A stretch of 64,000 nucleotides of DNA from Camelus dromedarius (lineage: Eukaryota). Position 1 is the stretch's first letter. The number at the start of each line of letters is the position of its first letter. This document shows positions 48,752 to 61,877 of the stretch, piece after piece. The position numbers and the translations under genes were made by a program. The notes beneath the pieces are model-generated. The model did no database searches and was not told where the DNA came from. It was given only the letters and a program-made list of their open reading frames with translations. The stretch is from assembly GCF_036321535.1 (NCBI RefSeq), contig NC_087436.1:114826001-114890000 (forward strand). Direction: 5' to 3'.

Positions 48752-49306
48752 TAACAGCAAACCCTCGAAGCAGCTTGTGTAGTTCACACACTCAAATCCC
48801 ACTTTCAATTTCTAGGTTTCCATATGATAACATAGAAGTCTTTGGTTCTGTAGTAGAATCGATTCAGTTCTTTAATAGCTTCTTTTTTCATTTTACTTTA
48901 TTTTATTTCATTTCATTTCATTTTTTCCATTTTCCCCTCTGGTCCCAATTGGGTAATCTAGACCCCATCATTTAAGAGCTTGATATACTTTCAGATTCCC
49001 TTCAATGGTGGGATGTTTCAGCTTCTTACCACCTGACTTTGCAAATCTCCATTCATTTGCAGTTCCATTTCTCTTCCAGAAAATTCACCTCTGTCCCTTG
49101 TCTGCTAACAAAGTTCCACTTGTTCTTCAAGACAGCTAAACTGTCTTATTATTCCTTTCACTCCCTGCAGAATAATTTCTTCCTTATCTACCCAGTGCTG
49201 TAGGAAATTACTATATGGCGTCAACTGAAACTCCAAGAGTAGGAAGGGATATTGTTTACCATTGTGCTCTCTGCACAAACAAAAAGGTTGGCATAAAGTT
49301 AGCACA

Positions 49307-49698
49307 TATATTAGTCAGGAGGGACTAGGAAATGCTGAGTAACAAACGACCCAAATTTCAGTGACTTAACAGAATAGTTTATGTCTCATTTTTGTTAATG
49401 TGTCATTAGGCACTTCTCCACATAGTCACTTAGGGACTCAGGATGAAGTAGGCTTGTGCATCTCCTAGCTGTATGATCTAGAATTCATAAGCTCCTCAGT
49501 GCCATGTCAGTGGAAGAAAGAGAGAGACTCAAGATTTATGCGTAGCCGTTTCATGGTCCCAATGTGGAACTGATACATGTAACTTCCACTCATGATTTAT
49601 TGGGCGTAACCAGCTTCATGGTTACACCTAACTGTGCAGAGGATGGAAAATATAGGGAGAAGACTCAATATTTGGTGAATGTGACTGTCTCTGCTATG
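49307..49698 (-). mobile_element. MaLR LTR (MLT1K-like)
   Basis: 'tattagtcaggagggactaggaaatgctgagtaacaaacgacccaaatttcagtgacttaac...acttccactcat...tatttggtgaa'. Confidence 0.75.
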
Positions 49699-49946
49699 GA
49701 ACTCAGTAACTATTTGTTTAATTGATGAAAGGGGCATTATAGCCTAATGGAAAGTGCACCTGCTGTATGGCAAGTAGCAAGACTAGACTAGACAGTGTAG
49801 AGCTGGAAAAGCCGCTTGATCTCCTGAAGCCTCAGCTTCTTCTGAGAAGTGTGGGGAAAAATACATACCTTACTCTCAGTTTTGTTTTGACTCTTAAGAG
49901 GTGATTTATGCAAAATTGGCACAAGCACTGCTGTCTAGTAAAATGA

Positions 49947-50428
49947 CTGTGGTTTGTTTCCTGTGCCAGTGAGTCTCTGTCGCCCTTAACTGTATACACT
50001 CCCCCTCCTTTCCCTCTTCCCTGCCCCAGGAAGTCGTCTCTAAGAGTTGCTCGACCAAGGCTCCTTTGCTTTCTGCCTTCTGGTTGAGTTCAGACAGTGC
50101 GAGGCACAGAGAGGAGATAGGAGAGCAGGAAAAGATGGAGGTTGATGCGTTTCTTTCTTTCCCTCCCTCCCTGATTCAGGATGCTTCTGGCGGTGTCAGA
50201 TGACCCCTTTGCAGGGCTCTGTTCTCAGCCGGGCTCCCTCCAGCATCACTGTTTCTTCTCCTGCCCCTTCAATCGTATGTGTGGTTACAGTTGCCTGCTG
50301 TTGTTAGTCTCTGGGTGCTTTTCTTCAGCCCTGACCATACTGCTATAAATGGTTTCTTTTCCAAAGTCTGCTCACAAATCCTCCTGGACGTGTCATCTGC
50401 TTCCTGCTCCTGATTGTGGCTGGTACTG
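49947..50428 (+). mobile_element. ERVL solo LTR (LTR33-like)
   Basis: 'ctttctgccttctggttgagttcag...cctgccccttca...ctgttgttagtctctgggtgctt...gtgtcatctgcttcctgc'. Confidence 0.7.
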
Positions 50429-50604
50429 TACCATCTGGACTCTGAACTACTTGGGGGGAAGGACAGTAACTCACTTCTCTTTGTAATTCTCAAATCCAGC
50501 ACAGTCTCCAGAATAGGGGATATATGTAATTTTTTAAAAAGTAGCTATTAAATATAAAATTAATAAATAATGAAACAAATAATATAAACTAATAAATAAT
50601 AAAA

Positions 50605-50850
50605 TAAATAATACTAGCTAATATTCATCGAGCATTTCCTATGTTTCAGGCAGGATGCAATGTTATGTACAATTTGAACCATCTGTGGGGTAGGTACCAT
50701 CATTGCCCTCTGATTTCATACAATGACAGTGATGTCCAGGAAGGCTGAGCTATCTGTCTTGCGTCGTTTAGCTAGTAAGTGGTGGATCTGGAACTTGAAG
50801 CCCAGATGCCTGATTATGAGTCTCCTGCTTGTAACTTCTATCCTAAATCA
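50605..50850 (-). mobile_element. MIR SINE
   Basis: 'aatactagctaatattcatcgagcatttcctatgtttcaggc...gctagtaagtggtggatctggaacttgaagcccag'. Confidence 0.75.
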
Positions 50851-52016
50851 GTTGCTGGCTCTTAAACGGAGATTAAAAGCCTATGGCGACATCTCCAGGC
50901 TCTGAGACCTTTTGGGTAGACAGCACAAAGACTTACATTGACAGTCATTCAGAAGGCATGGGAAATAAGGCCATCTTTGTTCCTTGTGGGGTTCTAGGTC
51001 TCTGGTTTAATTGATGTACAAATGAAATTTCAGTGAATGAAGTACAGGACACATTTGGCCTGAGGCCTTTCCTTTGCCTTCTCCAAGGTGCTGCCTGGTT
51101 AATGAGGCCATTGAGGGAAGGTAAGCCTCTAAGTCTGTGGGTGGGATTTGGGGGTGTAGGCAATAGCCCATAATGGACGTCTGTGTCTGCAGCTTTCCTG
51201 GGCTGGGGCTGAGGGTGGAAGGTGGTCATTTCAGCCATGATGGGAGAGCTAATGAGAAGAGGGCTACTTGCATGGCTTAAGGATAGACGTGCAACTCTGA
51301 GTCTGAGAAAATGCTTTGAGACCCTGCTTTGAGACTTCCCCGCTCCTTGCCAACCTTAAGTGCGTCCTTCGCTTTCCTGCTAGAGTGAACTCTCTAAATC
51401 ATCTCTCTGCTCACATCATTTCCTGTAAAGTCTCTCTCAGTATTTGCCCGCTCCTGATTTCATACTCAACCAGACCTGGGTGTTCCCCTTCTTTCCATCC
51501 CTCTAACTCCTAAATACCCCGATCAGAACTGTTACCACTCGGTGTATCTGTGCTCTGTCCTGCCTTCTCTGCTCTAATTGGACCCTGTGAGGGAAAGGAC
51601 TAGGATTTTTTTTAATCACTGGCATCTAGCACACAGCCTGGCACAAATAGTTGATATTAATCCTGTTTACCTGAGGCTTAGACAGATGCCGTGTCTCATT
51701 CAGAATTTACAAATTAACAAATGGTAACATAAAATGTCTGCTGACAAGCACCCACACCATCTCTCTGGAAAACAAAATTGTTTTATAAAAGAGATCACAT
51801 TGAATTCATCTCACTTCCCTGTTTGATGGGCTCACTGGACTGTTTTGAAGGGAACATAGCAGGTGTTCTGAAACGGAGCATCGGCTTTGGGTCTTCGTGT
51901 TATTCTCCCATCTGAAGTGGATGAAGTGCATTCGAGAAAGGGATGGTAATACACCTATGCAGAAAAATTGTTGGCAGAATGACCACATTCAGAAATGCTG
52001 TTTGGCATATCTGCAG

Positions 52017-52018
<2 letters not shown>

Positions 52019-52052
<34 letters not shown>
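52019..52052. repeat. (GT)17 microsatellite
   Basis: Perfect dinucleotide run. Confidence 0.95.
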
Positions 52053-52055
<3 letters not shown>

Positions 52056-52462
52056 TGACAGAGGAAGAGATAGATGGAGGGAGGGAGAGAGGAGGAAAAT
52101 GAGGGAGGGAGAAAAGCTCTTCTGCCATCTTCTTAGAGGAGAAAAAAGTCGAGTTACCAGAAACATATCAGGGTAGGGAAAATCACGTAATATCAGCTAC
52201 ATAAACTATGAAATACCAGCCATAGCTCTGTTTCTGTGGTTACCCAAAACCGGTAGTAGTTTCATCAAAGTAAGAAAAAGAAAACTTAAAAGCAAAAAGA
52301 GAATCTGTATAAGAGTCAGCCAGTGCCCCAAGGTTTAAAAAATCCTTATTTAATACTCCCTTGTAGTCAAACCCACACAGCCCAAGAATGCTCCTGCTCC
52401 CTAAACAAAGGCATAAGGAAACCTGTCAATACAAGTAAGCGACTAGGTCATCTCACTAGTGG

Positions 52463-53215
52463 GTCATTCATTCATTCAACAAACACGTGTTGGATAACTA
52501 CCCCAGGTCAGGTGCCACAGGGCACTGGAGAGACATCAGTAAAAACCCACCTCAGTATTTCACATTCTAGTCAAGGTAGTCAACAACCATGAAAAATATG
52601 TGAGCTAGATTTTATGTTAGAAGGTGATATTGATATGAGCTACGGAGAGAAGTGAAGCAGGGAACAGGGACAGGGTGTGCCAGGAGAGTGTTCGTAGGTT
52701 GGCCAGAGTCATTGACAGTGAACAGGGGGCATTGAAAGGACTTGACATGGTGAGGGAGTGACCCATGGATCTGGTGGAAGGACCAGAGGGAAGGGCAAGT
52801 GCAAAGGCCCCAAGGACAGAGCTTGCCTGGTGTGTGTGGGGATCAGCACGGAGTCCAGTCTGTCTGAGCTGAGTCCTTGAAGATGAGCATGGTAGTAGTG
52901 AGGTGGGAGAGGCTGAATGGTGTCCTTAGCCAGCTGTTGAAAAGTTTGACTCTTACTGAGATTGAGAAGGGAGACTGTTAGAAGATTGACAGCAGAAGAG
53001 TGTATGATCTGGCTCAGTGTTAACAGGATCTCTCTGGTGTAGTGTGGAGTATAGACTGTGGGGGGTGGGGAGCAAGGGCGGAGGCAGGGGAAAGGGTTTT
53101 GCTTTCCCTTCGCATTAATCCTGTTGAAAGATGATGATAGCTTGGATGAGGGTGGTGGAGGTGCTGGTGGTATGAAGGGGGTGGATTCTGGCAAAATTTT
53201 TTCCAGAGCAGAGGG
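52463..53215 (-). mobile_element. L2 (L2a-like) 3' portion
   Basis: 'tcattcattcattcaacaaacac...caagtgcaaaggccccaagg...agcagaagagtgtatgatctggctcag...gatgatgatagcttggatgagggtggtgg'. Confidence 0.85.
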
Positions 53216-53924
53216 AATTTTCTTGCACTGTGCCCTGGGGCTTTGTCCTTAGCCCTGTCTTCACAAACATTTACATCAACAGTAGGAAATCTGCTAAACA
53301 CATAGGTTCACCAGATCTGACGGAAGGGAATGGCCTAGATTGGAAGGGTAGATGAGAGAATGGGGATCCAGGATTAGTAAGACGAGCTGGAGAAGTGGGC
53401 TCAAGGTACATTATTCTGTGGTAAACGGTTGGCTTCTCCAAACCAACCATAGAGATAAATGAATCACGTCATCGCTGGTCACTTTTAAGGATTTAAGTTG
53501 CTGTGAAGGGCCATATGTATGATATGGCTCTCAAAATACTGAATGCTGCCTCACTAAAATATAGTCCTTAGGAAAAAAGAGGTGAGAGTCAATTCCTCTC
53601 TGCTTTAATTAAACCACATCTCATACATTTGCATTGTTTCATATTCTCAAAAGGGTAGGCGATTTGAAAAGAATTAAGAGAAAAGTGAACAGAATAATTA
53701 TGAAGAGACATAAAACTAGGTATCATAAAAATGATTCTCACATCTGAAAAAGAAGAATTTTTACAGGGGTAGAGATGACAAATCGTTTTTAATAATTGAT
53801 GCTCAGCATGACATAGAGAATACTTAGAGATTTTCCTAAGAGACTCCAGTGTAAACATATTGGCAGAAGTCCCAAATGGATAAACTTCAATTTCATGTAA
53901 AAAAAATATTCCACATCCAGAGTT

Positions 53925-54050
53925 GTTCAAAGATGAAATGTTTTGAACTAAAAAGTCATGGGTTGTTCGAGCAGAGGCAGACTAGGCTGTTGGACTGGGT
54001 GATCTTTGAGAAGTCTTCCAGCCCAGAGATCCCAGTTGTCTGTGATTTCA
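53925..54050 (+). mobile_element. CR1/L3 (or MIR3-tail) 3' terminus
   Basis: 'gttcgagcagaggc...gttggactgggtgatctttgagaagtcttccagcccagagat...ctgtgatt'. Confidence 0.5.
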
Positions 54051-56084
54051 GATTTGCTGGAGCCAGAGTACTAACATCTTAATTCTTGAGCTGAGTTGTA
54101 AACTCCATAAAGACAGTACACATTATTCATCTTTGTTTTCCTCACATTACCCGGAACAATGTCTTAGTGATTTTCAGTGTTAAAATAATTATTGGAGAGG
54201 AAAGCATATGGTTTGTGAAACTATTGTAGACTTGATTTCAATAGCATTTCACACCCACACTAGATTTCTAGTATTCGTGTAGGGTTAATATCTAGGAACA
54301 AATTACTTCTATTTTTCACTGAACTATACCGGGAACGGGAAAGAGGGTTCAGTTTATTTTAATCTCGTAACTGAATTTTTTTAAGCCTCTTCTTGCTTTC
54401 CTTTTGACCACAGCTCTGCTTCTGGAGGGTGGTCCCCAGCAGAGAGCCAGATGAGCTGAGGAGCCAGTGCAAGGATGTGGTGGGCTCCACAAGGCAAGCA
54501 GGAGTTGGGGGAGCCAGGAACAGTGCTCCCTAGGGCCTGGAGAGAGTCAAATCTGCAGGAAGCAAGTCAAATTCTCAACCCATAAAGCTGGAGCAAGGCC
54601 CAAGCTAGATGGACCTAAGGATGGTGTGCCAAATGGACCTGGCTCAGAAAGGGAACGGACTCAAGGAGGGGGTCTGCAGTTGCTGAGAACAGCTGTCATG
54701 GGGTATGTGGATCCTGACTGATGGCATGAGCCATCTTTGTGGATTTCCTTCTGCCTTAGGGTCTCAGACATGAGCTACTGTGTCTAATGCACTGAGGACC
54801 ATGGGCCTGGAGCGAACTAGTGGTGCTCATAATGGAATACAGACCTTGTTCTGTGTTCTTCCATCTTGTTTCTCCCCCAGAGTCAGCAAAAGAGGACCAA
54901 GTCTGTGACTGTACTTTATGATTTGATTCTAGTTTAGAGAGAGGACAGATGCAGTGCAGCACCCAGGAGCCAAAATCATATCCCTTCATGTTTCTCTCTT
55001 CTTTCGTTCATGAGCATAATAAGAATCAGGAACTACTGGAAGACAGTCTCCCTGGTTCTGTCTTGCCAGGGCCTTGACCTCAAGCTTGCATGCTCTCTGA
55101 AGTCCAGGCATCTGCCATCTTCCAGGCTTCCCCTTCTCTTGACAAACATGCATTGCTGAAGTAGGCATCTGCAACGTGTTGGGGCCACACTGTCATGACC
55201 TTCTTCGCCCTCATGGGGCGCCTAGAAAAGAACCATTTCTAGGCCAGGCTCGTCAGCAAGGCTGGGACACGAGGGTTGGAGCCAAGTGTTCAGAGCCTCT
55301 TTATCACCACGGGCCGTGTCTGCCAGTAGAGAATGTTCCGTTTATTTTCCCCTGAGTAGGTCTGAACCATTCCCTTCTGCTGCCACACCATTTCCCTAAA
55401 GTTGAATGATGGACCCTGAGAAGGCCTACTATTCATCCAACATCTGTTTCTCCGATTTTCTAGGCTCCTTGTTGTTTTGAAGTGCTCAGAATCAGTGTTT
55501 TAAGTGCATGTGGGCATAATATTCAGTATATTAATACACACTGGAGACAGTTCTGCCTACTAGAAAGCCAGGTACTACAGGGTTATAAAAGTCATTTGAT
55601 ACCTTGTAAAGCCCAAGACACCTCACCAATGCCCAGGCCCCATTACTTGATGTAGTCAGGTGATAACATGTGTACACTTGTACAGCTTTCTCCAGCAAGT
55701 GCCAAAAGTTCATGCTAAGTACTACATAAATTATCACCTAATTAAGTACTGTTATGGTTTGGATCGGGGGGAAGTGTAAACTCGATTCTCCTTGGAGAGC
55801 AATATGCAGAAATATGATGTGGAATTAATTGTATGGGTCCAGGTCAAAGATCAAAGTACAAGTGGAACTGCTTTTGCAAAGGGAGAATTTGAAAAGGATT
55901 TTTGTTGGCATCTCAGTAATTTCGCGTTTTGTTATTAGGTTCCTGCCAGCTTGCAATCCCACTCCTCTGCCCCTTTTTTCCTCAGTTCTCTGTAAATGGG
56001 TTAAGTGAGCATCCTCCCCTTCCCCTTTGCTGTCTCTGTCCGCCCTGTTGCTTCTTGGCCAATCCAAATTGAGGCAGGAAGGAC

Positions 56085-56310
56085 TTAATCTAAATTAAAA
56101 GTCCTTGGGTTTGGCCATTGGCTCTCCAAATTACTGGCTGACCTAATTGCTGGGCAAATTACATAACTCTGGGAGCCTTAGTTTCCTAATCTGTAGGATG
56201 GAGATAATAGCCCCCATATCATTGGGTTGTTGTGGAATAAATGAGATAAGTCCCACAATGCACTTGTATGATGCTACAATGACTCAGTAAACATTAGCCA
56301 TCATCATCTA
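56085..56310 (+). mobile_element. MIR SINE
   Basis: 'gggcaaattacataactctgggagccttagtttcctaatctgtaggatggagataatag...gggttgttgtgg'. Confidence 0.8.
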
Positions 56311-56689
56311 CCCATCATCTTCTCTTCCTTCTTAGTCTGACAGGGGCAGAGAACCCTTCAATAAAGGAGAGTTAGCCCTCTTAGGTTTGAGGTTGCAAAA
56401 TATTCTCTACCCCAGACCCCCCACTTTAGCTTAAGGAGCCCATTCATCTATTTATTAACTCAAAATATTAATTTATTAAACACTTTAATGTACCAGGTGC
56501 TGTGCTGTTTGCTAGTTCCTGAGGCTACACATATTCTGAGCTTGAATCACTTCTGTGATTCTGTTCTTGGGACAGGTCCATTTACTCTGGTTCCTGGGAA
56601 GCTGTCCTTGCCCCTGCCCTCCCGGTCTTCCCACTCTCCCCAGTTAAATTAACATTCCCATTGGACTCCACTATTTCTCCACAAGTGGC

Positions 56690-57350
56690 TGTGTGACAGA
56701 ATGGATGAGAACACAGACTCTGGAGTTCGATTCTGATCTCAGGCAGGTAATTTCATTTCCCTGTTACTCCATTTTCTTTTCTGTACAATGATGCTTACAG
56801 TGGCACCTACCTCATAGGTTTTGTGTTGATCACTTACTAGTTTGGTCTCAGAACCATTACTCATCTTTCCTCTCAAAACTTATTTCCCAGGCTCTGTTGC
56901 CTCTCACAGTGTTCAGTCAATGGTAGGCACTGAAAAGAGATTGGAGGGCCAAGGAAGGGAGAAGTCATGTGGTCGGAGTCACTCCTCCTTGGTCCCAGCT
57001 CCTGCTGGGTGGCCTCCATTGTAGGTCCAATTTCTTCTGTTGCTCTGGCTCCTCAGCGCTGGTTCTCTCACCCTGTTTCTGTGTCCCTCCCACCTGCATT
57101 CCTCTAGGGTGTTGTGTGTCTTCATATTTCTGCTCATCTTTGGGTTGCCTTACCATTCTCGATTTAGTTATTCAGATTTCCCAGTATATTTGTAACTAGG
57201 TTTCTGTATTAAATACCTTCTGTTGGACTATCTAGATTGAGCCCTAGTTTCTTCTCTGGTACATGGTTTTGTGAGACTACGGTGGGTTCATATAGCTCTT
57301 TAGGTAGTTACTGGCACATAGTAACCATTCAACACATTTTAGTTATTTCA
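56690..57350 (+). mobile_element. MIR interrupted by an LTR33-like ERVL LTR (~56835-57262)
   Basis: MIR core ends 'cacctacctcataggttttgtg' and resumes 'tggttttgtgagact...ctggcacatagtaaccattcaac'. The insert has 'ttcagtcaatggtaggcactg...ttggaggg' and ends 'taca'. Confidence 0.6.
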
Positions 57351-58869
57351 TTTTATTGGTGAATTTGCCCTGTTATACTGCAACTGTTGGTTTACTTGAT
57401 ATGTATTTCCTCTGTGAGTTCCCTCTCTGAAGGACCCCACACCCCAATGTTCATTTCCCCTGTCAACACCTGAAGGACGTTCTTACTGAAGTTGAGATTT
57501 TCTCTCTTTTCAATTGATTTTTGATATTTTTTAAAAACACTAAGATGCCCTCTAAACTTTGTCAGGGCTCATGTGAACGTGTGATGAGGACTGTGTGATT
57601 ATGCGCTGAGATGTGACGTTTTCCAAGTTTGTTGTAGGTGGGCTTTATTTCATTAGCCCATACCTTTAAGAAGAGTGGAAACTTCACTTACCAGAGCCTA
57701 CTCATTTGAATTTACACTTTACCTGAGTTTTATCTTTCCTTATGCTCTGTAGAAGAGACAAATAACAAAGAGAGCCAGTTAAATGTAACGATTTTTAATT
57801 GAACATTTACCATGATCTAGGTATTCTATCCAATGCCTGAAATACCCACATGAACAGGACACGGATGACAGTCTTCAGAAGGCGACTGTCCAGGGAAAAG
57901 ACAGAAATCACTGCAATCATGACAGTGACCAGTGCTCATACAAAAAGTGCTCTATGAGCAGGGGGAAGATGTGACCATTCTGCCAAGAATAGAGAATTAG
58001 GGAATCTGTGAATGAGGCTTGAAGGAGATGACAATTGAGTTAATAGCAGAGATTTTTTTTTTTTTAAACTACACTTGAGGTACCTGATCTCTAAGGTTTC
58101 TTAAACTCAACTTCTCTGATTAGGTTACAGTCTCCCATAGCATCCATTACACACCTGGGCAAAGAGAATTGCTACTTTTAATAAGGACTCTAAGCTTTTG
58201 CATGCTTTAGGGCCAACAAGGCAAAATTATATTTTGGTTGTATGTTATTCTCACTACTAGTACTAATACCACTGGAACTGCTGCTGCTGGTGTAGCTCTG
58301 CTCCTGCCGGTGCTGCTGCCCGCCCTCCTGCTGTGGCCATTGGAGATCCTGTCCGCCACTGCTGCCGCTACTGCCACTGCCAGGTGATGCTTATTTTTAC
58401 CAGGCATCATCCTAAGTTCTTTATATATTTGAGGTAAGAGATTGTATCAATTTTTAAGAAGGCATTTCAGGAATAGTGATGAAAAGAAGTGATTAATTCA
58501 CCAGAAAAACTGAATTAATAAAATTATCTCATTTCCCAAAGAATTCTGAGAATCCCAGTTCCAGTTACGAATAGCTGTCCTGTTTCCCCTTTTGTATGTT
58601 TCTTGGTAAGTATTATTTCACTCATGACAATCATCTATCCCAGCAAAATGGTGGTCTTTCTTAGGTCAATAACTAAATCTGTTCTTCTGTACCTTTTGAA
58701 ACTACTATATAGTATTTTGCCAAATAGTGCCAAATGTCGGATGGAGGATAGCCGTTCATGTGCAGTTCTCTCTAGTCATGACATTTTCATACAGTTCCTC
58801 AGACATAATCTTGCCATTTGGACATGTTCTCTTAAATGGGAACCTCCTTTTCTCTTCCGACTGGTCAAC

Positions 58870-59416
58870 CCTTAGGCATTCTAATGCTCCATTCAAAGGT
58901 CTTCTCACCTGAAATCATTTCCTTCCCTCAGGTCTGGGTTAGGTGCCACTTTTCCATTCCCAGAACACTCTGCCCTCTCTCTTGTCTATCATGTGTTACA
59001 TGTTCAGTGCACGAAGTACAGTTGACCCTTGGACATGCATTTGAACTGTGTGTGTCCATTTATGCACAGCTGCTTTTCAATGGTAGGCGCTACACTACTA
59101 CATGATCGGTGGTTGCTTGAATCCGCAAACGCAAAACCGAGGACACCAGAGGAACCATGTATGTGGATGGCCAACTATGAATTACATGCAGACTTTTAGA
59201 CTTTTAACTGTGTGGAGGGTCTTCACCTCGAACTTTGGCACTGTTCAGGAGTTGAGTGTATTACGATTGACCATCTATGATTACATACTCGCTGACTTAC
59301 TTGTGTGTTAACCCCTCTATACTGTAAACTCTTTTGGAGAAAGGATTTTGTATTCTTGGCACTAAATACCCTCCTTGGCACACAGTAAATATTCGTGGAA
59401 TGAATGAATGAATGAA
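58870..59416 (+). mobile_element. L2 3' portion (host of the MITE)
   Basis: Ends 'ggcacacagtaaatattcgtggaatgaatgaatgaatgaa'. Confidence 0.75.
59019..59258. mobile_element. Tigger-derived MITE (MER8-like) nested in L2
   Basis: TIR 'cagttgacccttg', TA target duplication at 59017-18 and 59259-60, length 240 bp. Confidence 0.8.
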
Positions 59417-60509
59417 GTTAGATCCAGAAACCACACTGAGTAGGGATAAAATTTAATTTCCTGGTCTGAATCTTTCTGTGAATGGGATTCATCTGGTTGC
59501 ATTGTAGTCTTTTTTTTTTTTTTCATTTCCAAATTCAGCTCCTCTCAAAAAAATATACATTTATATGTGTCAGTCTGACCCACCCTATTTGCTATAATGG
59601 CCTTAGGGAAAATATTTCACTCAATTTGGCAGAGCAGGAAGAGTGAGGCTGGAGAACAAATCAAACATCAGCAACTCACTGAGGGAGCTGGAGTCTTGAT
59701 TTCCAGTCCAAGAACTAGATCCGTCCTCAGGAAGGGAAGGACAGAGTGTGATAATGCTGTGTGAGATCTCAGTGACAACATTAATGAAATGGCCTTGCTC
59801 AGGTTTGAATGATGTGAGCTCAGAAAAGCCCTGTGAGGTTGAGTCTGTTTTAAATATCTCTGCTTGAATCATCTTGGTAGCAGCTCTTCTGAATTCATGG
59901 TGACTTGGACAGTTTTCTCCTTCTGTAATGAGATGTGTATGTTGGCCAGTGTAGGCTAGGCAAGGGCAATCCTGGCTTAGCTAATTCCTGGAAGAATGTT
60001 ATAATTATTGGGTAAGAAAGTTTGAAAGAAATGACTCAGAAGGACAAGATGTTGCCTTGAAACAAGTAACCTTCAAATGAAATTACCTTCATTTTACCTA
60101 CAAGCCATCTTTTCCCTTCCAAGCATCTGAAGAAGTTTGGAATGAGGTATACAATGCAGAGGAAGTCTCATAGCCCATAGCTGGGAGGAAGTACTGGGGT
60201 TCGAGAGATGGGTGAGGAGCTCCCCAACCCCACTCTGGTTTCACTATCTGGGTTGAGAAATATGATAAAAGAATAAGGCAAATAGGGTTAAAATATCACC
60301 CGTTGATTGATAAGTGATAAGACTGGTGGACACGGCTTAGTGAGACAGGCAAACAGACTGCCTAATTGTGGGTAACGCTGGGTCACAAGACAGAGACATC
60401 CTCTCCTAAGCCCAACCCAGCATTAAGCATCTACCAGTGTCCCATGTATTGTTTTTACCTGATCCAGAGTGGTTCTCACTGACCCTAATATGTGCTAGAG
60501 ACCAGTCGA

Positions 60510-60880
60510 ATCTTCAGACTCGGACACAAATCCATATCCTGAATATCTGGGTCTGTAACTGAGCCCCACCATTTGCTAGCTTTGTGACCGTAAGCAGACT
60601 GTGTAATTCTCTGAGCTTCTTCAATAAGGCATAAAATGAAGATGACAGCAGTACCTACCTCAGAGGGTATCGTGAGGATTAGTTCATTAGAACGTGCCAT
60701 ATAGAACATAGCTGATGTATTATACTTCAGTTAATGAGCAGTGGAAGTGTGTGATATTATTTTCACAGATAAAAGCAGTGAAGCTCAGAGAAGTTGGGTG
60801 ATTTGCTGACAGTGTTGCAGGTAATAAATATCCTCTTAGAGCTTGTTGGAATTTGGATCTGTCTGACCCTGATGCCCATG
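60510..60880. mobile_element. Two oppositely oriented MIR fragments (+ 60510-60760, - 60760-60880)
   Basis: 'ttgctagctttgtgacc...gtacctacctcagagggtatcgtgaggatta' followed by reverse 'attttcacagataaaagcagtgaagctcagagaagtt'. Confidence 0.7.
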
Positions 60881-61351
60881 CCTTCCCTGCATCTCCCAAA
60901 ATGTTTCAAAATGGTTGTCAAAGTATGACGTAAGAGTGATTTCAAATGGAATAAATATGATAATATTTAATGGAATGGTTAAATTGACCCCCCGACCCTC
61001 CCATCCATGGTGATCAATGTCACCTTCGTTAGTTGCAGCAAGACTAGCTGCCCTAGTTACTGTCATTGCATAAAACTCTGCTGGTGGCAACTCTGCAAGG
61101 TGGGAATGCCCTCTTTCCAGCTCTGGGTCCTTCTTTGCCACCGACCTTGAAATAGCACCTTGAGATCTCATAAAGTCCCCTCAACAGCCTCTTAGCTTTC
61201 TGGCTTCAGCTACCTTTTTCGTAGGTGTTACGATTCAGTTCACTGGGTTGGCTGGGGAGTAGACAGCCTTTCATCTTCCATTGTTCTCATCTCCTGTCCC
61301 CCTCCTCTCTAGCAAGACGCATGGTCCTGATTATCTTTCTTCAGGAAAACG

Positions 61352-61625
61352 TAAGTAATGCTGACAGCTAATATTTAGTGCGACTCAAGTATGCACCAGA
61401 TACTTGTCTAAGTGTTTCACATGTATGGAAACATACTCTTCTCACAATGCCCATTTGAGGTAAGTAATACTATTTTTTCTATTTTACAAATAAGAAAAAT
61501 GAGGCACAAAGATGTTAGGGAACTTGCCCAAAGTCTCATAGCTAATACGTGGTGGGGCTAAAACATAAACCCAGGTAGTTTGGCTTCAGTTGACAAGCTG
61601 TTAACCACCAGCTCTATTGCCTCTC
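61352..61625 (-). mobile_element. MIR SINE (near full length)
   Basis: 'attttacaaataagaaaaatgaggcacaaagatgttagggaacttgcccaaagtctcatagcta'. Confidence 0.85.
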
Positions 61626-61877
61626 ATGCACACTAACTTGAGTAATGCCAGGAAATTCCTGGGCCCCAAATAACCATCCTCCACTTGAGTTTTGTCCTCC
61701 ATGCCAATCTCCTATCAATATACATCAAGACCTGTATCTAATTCTTCTCTCCAGACTCCCCCGCCTCTCCCAACCAAGTGTGACCACTTCCTTTCATGCC
61801 ACTGTTGCTCATGTCAGTCATTTCTATTGTAACACTTGTGTTACTCTAGCACATTTTTTTTGTTAGTAAGATGTCAT

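Noticed and set aside
58250..58390. Signal-peptide-like + strand frame (...VALLLPVLLPALLLWPL...)
   Set aside because: It arises from a degenerate CTG/CTA/CCA trinucleotide tract, with no start codon context or splice sites. A similar tract lies at 48670-48755 after a MIR tail.
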